NCBI RefSeq assembly: GCF_006345805.1
Contig: NC_043009.1
Location: forward strand, 38,750,001 to 38,814,000
Direction: 5' to 3'
Length of the DNA stretch: 64,000 bases
Origin: Octopus sinensis
Lineage: Eukaryota
This document shows, piece after piece, positions 14,211 through 26,740 of the stretch. Under the pieces are notes generated by a model. That model did not search any database. It had not been told where the DNA came from and saw only the letters and a program-made list of their open reading frames with translations. A program made the position numbers and the translations under genes. Within the stretch, counting starts at the first letter, position 1. Each line of letters begins with the position of its first letter.

Positions 14211-15178
14211 ACAGAGAAACGCACATGTATATATATTATACCATGTATGCAAATGCGTGGGTGCGCGTGTATACGTGCATCTATGTGTATCTGTAAATGT
14301 GTTTGTTAAAAAGAATTACATATATATTTTTTAAAAGGTTATGCTTGTAAAATTCTGTTTGTGTTATTTTTGCACAGATCGTTCGGATCGATAGCTAGAT
14401 GCGATATTAAACAGACCTCGCTATATACACTGTCGGAGATAAAACTAGTTCAAATAAGATAAATAGCTTGGGAACCGGTTCACTATGTCAGTTGGAAGAT
14501 AACAAAGGTACAGAAATCCTGTGTAAAAGATATAAGGTTTGATTTTCATCTCGGAAATTTCATAATAATTCCTTCAAGTGTAGCTACCTGCTATGCGAAA
14601 ACAGCTTTTGTTCTTTCTGCTTTGGCGTTATTTATCATTCATGAATTTTTTTTTGTGCATTTGTATGTTTGGTTGTGTTTGTGATTGTGTGTGTGTGTGT
14701 GTGTGTGTGTGAGTGTTAGTTTGTGTGTGATGAGGTACACAGCCGTGCATGTACCAATTTCTACATTTTGTTATTATTTACGTTGTTCTTAACGTTCTTG
14801 CTGTGTTAGTGTTGTTACATTTGGTGTTGTTATTTGGAAGAGAAATCTCTGTATATATTGATGTGCATGGTTGGTAATCTAATCTTTCCTAGCTATATAT
14901 ATATGTATATATATATATATATATATGCATGTATATATATGTGTGTGAGTGTGTGCTTGTGTGTGTGTATTTATATATATATATGTATATATATATATAA
15001 TTTCAAAACGCTCATTTCCATACCTATGTGTATGACTGTATCCGTGTACCTATTTCTGTGTGTATACATACATGCACACACACGTACACACGCACACATG
15101 TATTCATATATTTTCTATATAAGTGTGTATAAATATGTGGTGTGTGTTGGAATATATATGTAATATATTATATATATC

Positions 15179-15210
<32 letters not shown>

Positions 15211-15235
15211 TATTATATATATATATATATATAAA

Positions 15236-15271
<36 letters not shown>

Positions 15272-15525
15272 AGTACATACATTAGTATGAATGTATATAT
15301 ATAGGTAAGTTAGTACACTGGGGCAAAACAAGGTGATTCAAAATAGTATTAAAATACAAAAGCATTTGGTTATTTTGGTATATTTTTTCATCTAGTTTTG
15401 CACTCATATGCTTACCTGTGTGTATATCGCTTCTTTTGCAACAGCAGATTGGAACTGAACGCTGAAATTATCGATGAAGATTACCAGGCCTATTCAACAA
15501 AGGCTACTTATATATATATATGTTG

Positions 15526-15576
<51 letters not shown>

Positions 15577-15702
15577 GTATATATATATATGATGTATGAT
15601 ATATGTATGTATATATATATGTATATGCATATATATGTATATGTATATATATATGGATATTGTATTATGCATATATATATGTATATATACATACATACAT
15701 TC

Positions 15703-15761
<59 letters not shown>

Positions 15762-15814
15762 GTGTTGTGTGTGTGTGTATATGTATATATATTAATATAT
15801 ATATATATATAACT

Positions 15815-15953
15815 ATAGGGAGAATTCACGGAAAAACAAAAGACGAAGACGTGGTGTAGACAACAAACAGATGTATTAGTTTAACGCTCGGGAAGTGAAA
15901 ACGTCTTTAACATTTCGAGTCTACGCTCTTCCACAGAAAGGAACACAGAAAGA

Positions 15954-15958
<5 letters not shown>
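15815..15958 (-). mobile_element. Short (TA)n-anchored Penelope-like terminal fragment with an HHR-like motif (15905-15940)
   Basis: Minus strand: cttt CTGTGGA agagc gtag actc GAAA tg TT aaag; homologous to 47660 and 49355; abuts (TA)n. Confidence 0.65.
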
Positions 15959-15995
<37 letters not shown>

Positions 15996-16650
15996 GAGAG
16001 GGAGGGAGACATATAGTGAAATGCAGAAAGATGGATTGACAGGTAAAGTTGATATATGTATTTGTTGGTATGTGTATTCTAGTGGATGTATACCTATGTG
16101 CATGTGTGCGCATGCATATACATGTGTGTATACATATAAATTTGCGCAAATATTTGTAGTTTTTCGATCAGAAGTGTATATGTAAGAAACATATAGAACA
16201 TATCCCGCAATTTTCCAGTGAAATCATGACTACTTCATTAGGTTTGAAGAATATTCTATGGTTCTTGATGTTTTGTTGTTGAAAACGAAGCAATGTAGGT
16301 GATCCGACATAATTCCTGCTGTCAGATATTTTATAATAAATGAATGGATCTATCGTAGGAATATTATTGTAATAAATAATGTATGTGAAGGACACCTACT
16401 GCTTTGTCGCTGTCGTAGTCAAATTGAAAGCGTCATAAGAGCCATGGTGATTTAGAAACGGTGGTCGCCGACTTCAGTCGACATAGTTTGGTACCAGTGT
16501 TGCCACGGGAGTTGGTTTCAGATAGCAAAGAGCCTGAACAGTTACTGAAAAGTATCTTGGCCATTTGAACTCTTCTACGAAACCACTGTCCGAATTGATA
16601 TTTCTGGGGATGGACATATTTTGCCAGTCAAACACTCGCTCTAGGTATTC

Positions 16651-16935
16651 GGTCTTCAATTCAGTTTTATTATTATTATTTTAGTTTCTTTGTCAGAGTG
16701 TTTTCGTCACACATCCTGTGACCTCTTCAGCAATTCTCTATACCATGTGTTTCCTCTTGTTCAGCTTATTCCATTTCGAATAAGTAGAGGTAGGATGTTT
16801 GACAAAGAAACTAAAATAATAATAACAATAAAGCTGAAGTCAAGACCAAATAAATATTGCGTGTGCGTAGTTGGCAAAATATGACCATCTCGAAGTCTAG
16901 TAATATCTGTTTCAACACAAGAATATTGCAAAACA
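16651..16935. mobile_element. Repeat fragment with a 45-bp inverted repeat and an HHR-like core
   Basis: 16651-16695 is the reverse complement of ~16800-16847; minus strand CTGAAGA g gtcaca ggatg tgtgac GAAA at 16702-16730; homologous to 27480-27680. Confidence 0.55.
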
Positions 16936-17029
16936 CACATACACGATAAAAATGTACGTTGATTAGAATTCAGAACGTAGAGTGACCTCGTGAGCACTGC
17001 CAGCAATTTTTTTTTCCTCTGTCTTCCCT

Positions 17030-17184
17030 TCTCTGGATCTTTCCTTCTCCTTTGTTTCCGACGATGAGCTCCGGTCGAAACTTTAAACCCTCCTTCTTCC
17101 CTTCTTTCCTGAGCGTCCAATGATACTTTATTTGTTCCACGTCCTCGCGTTGCTGTGTTTTTTTGTGTTTTCTTGTTTGGATTC
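17030..17184 (+). mobile_element. Short (TA)n-anchored Penelope-like terminal fragment with a decayed HHR (17054-17088)
   Basis: gttt CCGACGA tgagctccggtc GAAA cttt aaac; 3' part matches 41372-41460 (minus) and 39400-39560 (minus). Confidence 0.65.
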
Positions 17185-17199
17185 TATATATATATAATA

Positions 17200-17247
<48 letters not shown>

Positions 17248-18051
17248 ATATATACAAAGGGCACTTTGTGAAAGCTTTATGACTAGGTCAGTTTGTCACC
17301 TCTAGGAGGCTACATGACATCACATCATAGATTGTAAGGCGTTATTAAACTAATGTATCTAACGTGCTTGGGAATCCTTGTTGTGTGTTGTTCCTGTGTA
17401 GAAAGAGAACTGATTGTTTCTTCCATATAAGAGTGTGCTGGCATTGTTGAAGGGAACGCATTATTAGGCTTCCATTAATAGATGTTTAAAGGGTTTCTGT
17501 TTATGGATGCCGTTGAAGTGTTTAGATTGCATATCATTAAGGAGAGTGAAAAATGATGTTATCCACATAGGGGAGGGTGAGAGGTTGGCAGTAGCTGCAG
17601 GAAGATCATAAATTTAATGAAGGGAAAAATTGGATAAATATAATCGGATCCTGATGGACAGCAAACATGATAATATTTGGTTCGGAGAGAGCTTCATCCG
17701 CGGAGATAGAATTCATTCCAATGAATGCAAGAGAAGATTTAAAGGATTATCAAATGTTATCCAATGCAACACCTTCGATTTGGTCAAGCTCTCACTGGCA
17801 CTAATGCACTGATGTGTGACATAGGAATACAATTGTCCGCCAGATATGCTCTACAGAAAGCACTCTGGTGTGAAAGAGAAGTCAAGTGATGAAGGATACA
17901 GATGCGTGTGTGGGTTTCTTTAACCTTTGAAATGTTGGTGGTTATCAAGATAGGACGGTATCTCGTACTAAGAAGGTTGTAAGACAATACTCAGCAAAAT
18001 AAGAACATATGTGTGTGTATACAATATATATATATATATTTATATAATATA

Positions 18052-18106
<55 letters not shown>

Positions 18107-18227
18107 GAGGGCATTATTATACATACATGCCACACGCTACGAGGGACAATTAGTCATTTCTACCAAAAATTTTACTTATCATAACCAATGCATTTTTTTC
18201 AAAGCAAGACATTTAAAAAATGAATTT

Positions 18228-18293
18228 AATCTTGTATCACCTGTGATTTCGTACTTAACCGCCATCAGCGCGACCGTACTCGTCAGCAAGATT
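18228..18293 (-). ncRNA. Type I hammerhead ribozyme, canonical core
   Basis: aatcttg CTGACGA gtac ggtcgcgctgatggcggttaa gtac GAAA tcac ag gtga TA caagatt; stems I (7 bp), II (4 bp) and III (4 bp) all pair. Confidence 0.88.
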
Positions 18294-18669
18294 GATTCTG
18301 AACATATCATAAATAAACGACCAGTCTCGTCAAAACCGGGTAGGAAAAGTTTTTTCGGAATAAAATTATTTAACAATTAAGGACAACTTCTTAATAAGGA
18401 ATCTTAACAAGAAATTATCAGGTAGATAGCGTGAAAAACCTCATAAGAGAAAACATTTCGAAAATAATTCTTTCTTATTGAACATATTAATTTATATATA
18501 GAGGGCATTATTATACATACATGCCACACGCTACGAAATGCAATTCGAAGAAGCCTGCCATTTAGCGGATGTATGATATGTAAACGTCTCCATGTGCTTC
18601 ATTGGGATCGAGCAGTTAGCAGTTCGGTTTTGTCGAGACTGGTCGTTTATTTATGATATGTTCAGAATC

Positions 18670-18732
18670 AATCTTGCTGACGAGTACGGTCGCTGATGGC
18701 GGTAAGTACGAAATCACAGGTGATACAAGATT
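18670..18732 (+). ncRNA. Type I hammerhead ribozyme, canonical core; predicted AUA cleavage after 18725
   Basis: aatcttg CTGACGA gtac ggtcgctgatggcggtaa gtac GAAA tcac ag gtga TA caagatt. Confidence 0.88.
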
Positions 18733-19076
18733 AAATTCATTTTTAAATGTCTTGCTTTGAAAAAATTGCATGGGTATGATAAGTAAAATTTTTGGTAGAA
18801 TGACTAATTGTCCCTCGTAGCGTGTGGCATGTATGTATAATAATGCCCTCTATATATAATTAATATCAATAAGAAGAATTATTTTCGAATTTTTCTCTTA
18901 TGAGGTTTTTCACGCTATCTACCTGATAATTTCTTGTTAAGATTCCTTATTAAGAAGTTGTCCTTAAGTGTTATATTATATATATATATTTAAGAGCTAG
19001 ATGCGTGTATAAATAATATATATATATATAAATATATATATATATTATATATATATATCTATATATATATATATAA

Positions 19077-19415
19077 AGGGTAAAAGACCCCCTTCGGTCA
19101 TGAATGACCATGGGATTGCACTAGAAAGTTACCCTCCTAGACACAAGTCCGGGCAAGGTTGTTTATGGAAGACCAGCAGTCGCCCATGCATACCAGCCTC
19201 CCCTCTCCACGCCACCAGTGTTATCCAGGGAAAGACAAAGGTCGATACAGCTTGGCACCAGTGACGTCGCAACTCATTCTACAGCTGAGTGAAACTGGAG
19301 CAACGTGAAATAAAGTGCCTTGCTCAAGAACACAACACGCAGCCCGGTCGGGATTCGAGCTCACAACCTCACGATCGTAAGCTCGACGCTCTAACCACTG
19401 AGCCATGAGCCTTCA
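19077..19415 (-). mobile_element. Group A SINE variant with a different (RTE-like) 3' body
   Basis: Head TGGCTCAGTGGTTAGAGCG..CTCGAATCCC and the same CORE-like block as 5284, then an unrelated ~180-bp tail. Confidence 0.8.
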
Positions 19416-19420
19416 CTATT

Positions 19421-19463
<43 letters not shown>

Positions 19464-19538
19464 TATATACATATATATATATATATTGGTTGTATATATA
19501 GTATATATACATATATTTATATATATATATGTATAGAT

Positions 19539-19672
19539 ATGGCCTGCTCGCTTAGCCAGCGGGGTGGGGGGTAGCGGGGTGGCGTCATTCGAAGGCTAAA
19601 ACAATGCGAACGCATTGTGACCAGCGATGTGTACAAACATCTGATGGTCTGGTCGGTCACGTGATCACGTGA
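19539..19672 (+). repeat. Short dispersed repeat in (TA)n (probable retroposon 3' end)
   Basis: Reverse-complement copy at 46288-46418 carries a (GAT)n-like tail. Confidence 0.7.
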
Positions 19673-19765
19673 TATGTATAGATATATGTATATATCTATG
19701 TATAATATACATATATATATAAATATATACATACACACAAACGTATATATATACAAATACATATT

Positions 19766-19855
<90 letters not shown>

Positions 19856-20788
19856 GTGTGTGTGTTTGCATTTGCGTGGCGGTAGTCACTTATCTAATCG
19901 ATCGGAGGAAAGTAAGTCTGCATTGATTTTCCAAACCACTGCCATTCTTTATCAATTGCAGCTCATGCCCTAAGTGATAGAGAAGGCAGGATTTGAACAT
20001 AGCGTGCAGAAAATTCAGAGCAAATACTGCGAGGCACAGTGACTATATCTCTAACGACTTCGCCTTTAAAGTTATTGCTCCTTCTTTTGAAGTGGTGCTC
20101 TTTTTTTTTTGATTAGTTCACAAACTGTATTACTGATATTTATTTTACCAATTCCGGGGTAAAGAACCAAGTCGGAACCCGTAGACGTTGAACTCATAAT
20201 CTGGCTGCTTGACATTTTGTTCAGTGGTGTATATATTCTAATAACTGCTTGTCCTTAGTATCATGCACACACATGCATTTAGGGGAAGAGTGTGAATCAT
20301 ATGACAATATACATAGACATGTTGTATATAATGGGCACATTCAGGCATAAGCTCATATACAAATACATGAATATAAGTATAAAGGTTATTCTATAAACCC
20401 GAGGCTATATCTAAAATGTAATACATATGTTAACACAAACACATTCGATTCTCATTTAGAATGGCTTTCATTTATAAGACTAATGCCCCTGAGAGAGTTT
20501 GAAATGTCAGAATATTCTGCACCTTAGAGCTTATAAATATGAACCATCGTGCTTCATGTAGCGACAAAGCTATTTACAAACATGCCTGTCTGTATAGGTG
20601 TTAGAACATACAAGATAACTCGCTACCATTTGCAGCGCGAAACGTAACGAACAACCAAGCTATTGAAATACAGGTGTATCTTAAACACCGTTATATTTCA
20701 TGATAAATACATTTCGCTAAGTAAGTTGATAAGCTTTGCTGCTGAAGCTTATCATATGTGTGTGTGTGTGTGTGTGCGTGTGTGTGTG

Positions 20789-20834
<46 letters not shown>

Positions 20835-20924
20835 TGTATGTATATATATATATATAGAGAGAGAGAGATAGATAGATAGATAGATAGATATATAGATAGA
20901 TAGATAGATAAACCTATTTATAAG

Positions 20925-21545
20925 TGAAGTAAACATCAGAGATGCTTTGCCCTACGCAGAAACTTCAGAAAGTTATTCTGAATTTTTGTAAGCTCTCCTA
21001 AATCCATTGCAATGCAGGAAACTCTTCATGTCATCAGCAGGTATCTCAGGATCACAGGCGTTTTCCCCCGTAGCCTGTACGCTTCGCTTGAGTGGGGCAG
21101 TGAAGATGATGTAGTTTTCACTTACGGAATGATTGTGGCCGCTCATAAACCATAGTCACCTCGAGCTAGTTTCGGCTGTCATGCCTATCATCTTGATGGC
21201 TTTCTTCTGCAGGGCTCCCTAGAAAGCTGCGGCAGCCGATTTCAATGGGGAATAAGGCCATATGACATCCCTTGACAAGGGCCTCATTGACTAAGTCCTG
21301 ATATTTCGTTTACTGTACCTCTTGGTAAATATCGAATCTGGTCTCCCAGAGCACACGATAATTTTATATTCCTGAAGGGCAAGAACATCTCTGGTCCGAG
21401 TGATATTACCACTATCGCCTCTGATAAGACAAGTCTGCCCTTCAGGTCCCAGTCTGTAGCTAAACGCAAAATAGTAAACGGGTTCCCTGCCATTCCTTAG
21501 ACTTCGGAGCTCTCTCACCTTCCTTTAACAAGTTCATACTCTTTG
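20925..21545 (-). mobile_element. HERO-like RLE non-LTR retrotransposon 3' end (decayed)
   Basis: Minus-strand ATDWDLKGRLVLSEAIVVISLGPEM / VLWETRFDIYQEVQ*TKYQDLVNE..LFPIEIGCRSFLG / KKAIKMIGMTAETSSR*LW match the DW..RPD..VPWE..KY..PIEVGCRGF..AE.ASRWLW pattern. Confidence 0.8.
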
Positions 21546-22677
21546 GTGTTTAATGGCTGGTGTTTATTAGCCTTCACCCTTTGCAGATCAGTCCACTTGG
21601 CAATTTCTGCAAGGACTTTATCTTGTTTTCATTCGTCGAAATTCCAAAACCTGAAAGTTGAAGATGCCATTTGTCAGTTTTCCCTTAAGGATATTAAGTT
21701 ACCAAGATTTCGCTGGGTCGATCTTCAAGCGTGACCATGTAGCCATAAGCTCAATGTTTGCCGTGACCCTTCGATTGATGGTATTATAACCGTTACATCG
21801 TCCGTGAACACCTAGAAAACTGGAATTTCAATGTTTCCGTCAGTTTAGGCTCTTCTCAACTGATTCTCTCTTACCTCAAGCAGTAGGCACATGATCGCCA
21901 CAAACAGCACCACGGCAAATGTGCATCCTAGCGTAATGCTCTTTCCCAATTGCCGCTATTTTGCCCGGTGAACCTCATCCCCGCTGAAACCATATGGAAC
22001 ATAATCAGTCCAACAACATTTGCTGGCAGTTGATAATACTCCAATGCACTTTGGAGTACTACCAAGTAGCAAGTACATATATGTATACTACGCGTTTTCG
22101 GTTCCCGGTTGAACTATGCCCCTTAACTGTTTACTATCTTCTATAATTGACACATTTCCATCAAATCTGCGGTATATTCCGTCGTAATATTCCGGTAAAT
22201 TCAGAAACTGTCATCACCAATATCAGCACGTCCTTATTGTTCTCGTTGTTGTTGTCGTCGTCGTCGTTGTTGTTGTTGTTGTTGTTGTTGTTGTGTTCTT
22301 CTTCTTCTTCTTCTTCTTCTTCTTCTTCTTCTTCTTCTTCTTCTTCTTCTTCTTCTTCTCCTTCTTATGCTGCTGCTTTTACTACTACTACTACTACTAC
22401 TACTACTGCTACTACTACTACTCTCGGTCAATTTCTTTTATTTAATGACGACGAAACTAGACGTTAGATCTATATTGCACCTTGTCAAATACCTTCTCCG
22501 CCGGGCATCACTAAACTTATGCCAATTGAGAGAACACCTATGCAGTCAACCCCATCTGCTCGACAGCGACACAGAAGACCTTAGTGCTCAGCCACAATAC
22601 AATAACTTCATTTATCATCACACATCATCTGTTTACTTCTCACCACAATCGACTAACGATAGACATTGAACCTCCTT

Positions 22678-22784
22678 GTATTTGCTTCGGCAGTACATAT
22701 ACTAAAATTGGAACGATATAGAGAAGATTAGCATGGCCCCTACGCAAGGACGACACGCAAATTCGTGAAAAGTTCCATATTTCT
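22678..22784 (+). pseudogene. U6: Full-length U6 snRNA retropseudogene
   Basis: gtatttgcttcggcagtacatatactaaaattggaacgatatagagaagattagcatggcccctacgcaaggacgacacgcaaattcgtgaaaagttccatattt aligns end to end with U6; ACAGAGA box mutated to ATAGAGA; no clean oligo-T terminator. Confidence 0.95.
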
Positions 22785-22786
22785 AA

Positions 22787-23181
22787 AAGACGGCGAGCTG
22801 GCAGAAACGTTAGCACGCCGGGCGAAATGCTTAGCGGTATTTCGTCTGCCGTTACGTTCTGAGTTCAAATTCCGCCGGGGTTGACTTTGCCTTTCATCCT
22901 TTCGGGGTCGATAAATTAAGTACCAGTTACGCACTGGGGTCGATGGAATCGACTTAATACCTATGTCTGTCCTTGTTTGTCCCATCTATGTTTAGCCCCT
23001 TGTGGGTAATAAAGAAATAGGTATTTCGTCTGCCGTTACGTTCTGAGTTCAAATTCCGCCGGGGTTGACTTTGCCTTTCATCCTTTCGGGGTCGATAAAT
23101 TAAGTACCAGTTACGCGCTGGGGTCGATGTAATCGACTTAATCCCCTCTGTGTTTAGCCCCTGGTGAGCAATATTGAAATA
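22787..23181 (+). mobile_element. Group C (Nin/Deu-like domain) tRNA-derived SINE with an internal tandem duplication, fused to U6
   Basis: GGCGAGCTGGCAGAA..GAGTTCAAATTCC head; GACTTTGCCTTTCATCCTTTCGGGGTCGATAAATTAAGTACCAG body present twice. Confidence 0.92.
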
Positions 23182-23790
23182 AGATATTGAACTCCGGAGA
23201 TTTGAGTGACTGGCATTGAAAACATTTAGTAAATTAAGACGTGAATCGAATGAGTTTTGATTTTCCTTAGTAGTTGATGAATGTTGTAGTTTTAGGAGAA
23301 AAAATATGATGTTTTTTTTCATTCTAACTTCCTGCTAATATGGCCCATTTATTTAATGCGTGACATTGGTTTTACATTAATTTAATGTAATCAGACGTAT
23401 TCTTTCTATTCTCAGTGAATATCTTAAAATACATTTCAGATATACAATTTATGGAGAGGAAAGGAAACTTACAAGTTTCTCTACTGGAATTTATTGGAAT
23501 AGAAAATGGGAAAAGGATAAAATTTATATGTATATATAAAGTAATGAGTAATTTGATGGCATAAACAGACGGCAATTTTAGCTGATACCAACCAACAAAC
23601 CAACCAACAAAGAATACATACACAAAAAAGTTTTGGGAAAATATATTTAATATCAGTTCAGAAATGGCGCAATGAAAGTTAACATTAGAGTGTGTGTATG
23701 TGTGTGTGAGAGAAATAAATAAATAAAGAAAGAAAGGCAGAAAGAAAGAGAGATACCAAAAAGATATATATATATATATATACATATATA

Positions 23791-24010
23791 CGAGGTGGTG
23801 TCGAAAAGTTCCTAGCTTTAACTGTATCGCGAAAGGCCTGACTGGAGGCGTAACATTCTCAGTTCTTTTGCAGGGTTTAGCAAAACTGAAGGGACGCTGC
23901 AATAAGTGTGTGGGTCTGAGAGGGGAATATGTTGAATAAAAATTATAATTAAATGATCCTCCTGTACTCTACTTAACGCAAAGCCGCGAACTTTTCAGTC
24001 CCGCCACAAG
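23791..24010 (+). mobile_element. Mariner-derived MITE
   Basis: TA-flanked imperfect TIRs cgaggtggtgtcgaaaagttcctagcttt / aaagccgcgaacttttcagtcccgccacaag; internal GLAKLKGRCNKCVGLRGEYVE* matches a mariner transposase C-terminus. Confidence 0.8.
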
Positions 24011-24183
24011 TATATATAATTAAAGTTACTTTCTGGAGTCATGGCGATTCATGAGAGCCGGTTTTTCGGTTTTCATGGCGTTTATATATTCCCCACCTGG
24101 ATGGGACGCCATAATATATATATATATATATATATATACATACATGCATACATACATATATATATATATATATACATACACGC

Positions 24184-24250
<67 letters not shown>

Positions 24251-25153
24251 CATACATATATATATATATATGTGTATATATATGTATATATATATCCATA
24301 TATGTATATATATATGTATTATATATATATATAATATATATATCCATATATATACACACATATATATATATAATATATATATATATATGTATGTATATAT
24401 ACACACACATATATATATATGTATATATACACACACACATACATATATATAGATAAAGACAGACAGAGGAAGGGAGAGAGAAATGAGTTCTTGACACACC
24501 TCCATTCGCTAATAGACTGACTGATATTGCAACCACTTTCGTATCAACGGACTATTATTAACCGCTGTATTTACCCCGTTGTTCCTACTTATTTTTAAAT
24601 AGGTCATTGTTTGCAGCTATCACATCATCCATCTTAGTCCAGCAATTCACATCCATTCTTGTTTTCGTAAACCCCTGCTTTATCTCACATTCCAAAGGTC
24701 GCACCAGCTGTTACTTTGCGAAACCATTTATTTCTGCCTAGAACTGTAATCTGGATCTCCTACAGATATCAGACTAAAGGAAACTGAAGGTGGAAGAGCC
24801 TGCAAAAGTTATACAGAAATATTCATTGTCCTCTTCCTTCTCTACCAACAACAAAAACCCCACCAACACCACCACCATCATCATCACCAAAACCACCACC
24901 ACCACCACCAAATTCAACAGGCTCGTCTCTCCACTTCTTCCCCCTCCACCCTTCCTTATTTTTCCTCTTTTTCAATTTGTTCAGCGTCATCATATCATCA
25001 TAAAGTAAACCAGAACCACGAACATCACCAGCACCACCAACACTAGCAGCAGTGCCACCATCATCGCCCCTTTCTCCTCCTCCTCCTCCTCATCATCATC
25101 CTTTTCTTCAAAATTATTAACGACATAAACGTTATTATCAAAACTACGGCCCC

Positions 25154-25202
<49 letters not shown>

Positions 25203-25681
25203 TATTCTTGTTGTTGTTGTTGTTCTTCTTCTTCTTCTTCATCATCATCATCATCATCATCATGATCTTCTTTTTCTTCTTCTCCTTCTTCTTTCTTCCT
25301 GCCCCTTTCCTTATCCTCCCCTTCCTCCTTCCTCCTTCTTTCCTACCTCTCGATGCAAAAATACGACTCGATATTATATTAGTTCTATGTCAGACCTTGT
25401 AAAAGCACCTTTCTCTTTAGGTATCAGTAAACATATAAGATTGTCGTGGGAACAAAAAATGCATTCAATTCATCAACTACAAAACGGATCCTGGTGTCCC
25501 TGAAATACATCCACGCCATCTTGGGAAAAGAGGGACGAATAAGAGAAAGAACTCCTAAATATTACAAAGACTGATTGCTCACGCTGGTAAAGTTTTTAAT
25601 CATGGATTTTCTTGATTAACACTGATATTGGATTAAGCAACAACAAACAAGCTAAAAAAATGTAGATATTAAAGTTATCGT

Positions 25682-26095
25682 AGGCGTAGGAGTGGCTGTG
25701 TGGTAAGTAGCTTGCTTACGAACCACATGGTTCTGGTTCAGTCCCACTGCGTGGCACCTTGGGCTAGTGTCTTCTACTATAGCCTCGGACAGACCAAAGC
25801 TTTGTGAGTGGATTTGGTAGACGGAAACTGAAAGAAGCCCGTCGTATATATATTTATATATATATGTGTGTGTATGTTTGTGTGTCTGTGTTTGCCCCCC
25901 CCCCCAACATCGCTTGACAACCGATGCTGGTGTGTTTACGTCCCCGTCACTTAGCAGTTCGGTAAAAAGGACCGATAGAATAAGTACTAGGCTTACAAAG
26001 AATAAGTCCTGGGATCGATTTTCTCGACTAAAAGGCGGTGCTCCAGCATGGCCACAGTCAAATGACTGAAACAAGTAAACGTGTAAGAGTAAAAG
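25682..26095 (+). mobile_element. Group B SINE
   Basis: ggcgtaggagtggctgtgtggtaag..ggttcagtcccactgcgtggcaccttggg..tgactgaaacaagtaa. Confidence 0.92.
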
Positions 26096-26144
26096 GAGTA
26101 TCGCTTGGTGTGCTAGAAATAGCAGACAAATCACATCCTATGTT

Positions 26145-26540
26145 TTTATCTTTTACTTGTTTCAGTATTTGAACTGCAGCCATGCTAAGGTACGGCATTG
26201 AAGTGTTTAGTCCAACAATTCGACTCCAATGGATATTTTAATATCTGGTACTTATTTTATCAGCTACATTTGTTTAAACGCCGACTTACGGGGAGGTAAA
26301 AAAAAAATCTTACCGCTTTCAAGCACTGGTGGTGGTGGTGATCGTGGGGATGCACAAAGGCAAAGATACACATTCGCACGCATCCTCATAAACATACACA
26401 CACATTCATATATTATATGGGACTCCGTACGGTTTTCGTCTGCCAAATTCACTCACGAAACATTGGTCGACTCAGGGCCTTACCTAATGTGCTGCGCAGT
26501 GGAATTGAACTCCAAATCATATGATTGCAAAGCGAAAGTC
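26145..26540 (-). mobile_element. Older group B SINE, inverted relative to its neighbours
   Basis: ttttacttgtttcagt..ctgcagccatgct..; diverged. Confidence 0.75.
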
Positions 26541-26740
26541 TTAACCAAAGGGCTATACAGGAGCTACAGTCTTCAGAAAGGGAGTATAAATCAGGTAATA
26601 TATTTTTGTTATGTCACATATACTACAAGACGGGGCAATTCTGGTTATAAGCTGGAACGCAGCAAGAGCAAGAGCTACGGCAATCTTAAGGGAGGGTCTT
26701 AGATATAAGAGAGGAACAGTAAAAAATACATTGATAACCG

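Larger units (their letters stand above)
18097..18973. mobile_element. HHR-bearing tandem + inverted repeat (Penelope-like pLTR or retrozyme) embedded in (TA)n
   Basis: 18097-18338 is the reverse complement of 18625-18860; 18371-18490 of 18860-18973; gagggcattattatacatacatgccacacgctacga recurs at 18107 and 18501 (394-bp period). Confidence 0.85.

Noticed and set aside
11984-15859. Many Tyr/Ile/His/Cys-rich ORFs
   Set aside because: Translations of (TA)n, (CA)n and (TATG)n
17290-17990. Possible LINE remnant in a unique-looking block (similarly 60720-61140)
   Set aside because: No motif recognisable by eye; needs a profile search
21160-21198. Minus-strand ..GATGA taggc atgaca gcc GAAACTAG resembling an HHR
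   Set aside because: Core lacks CUG, has no stem I, and lies in HERO-like coding sequence
22678-22784. Functional U6 gene
   Set aside because: ACAGAGA box mutated, terminator disrupted, fused to a SINE within a TSD
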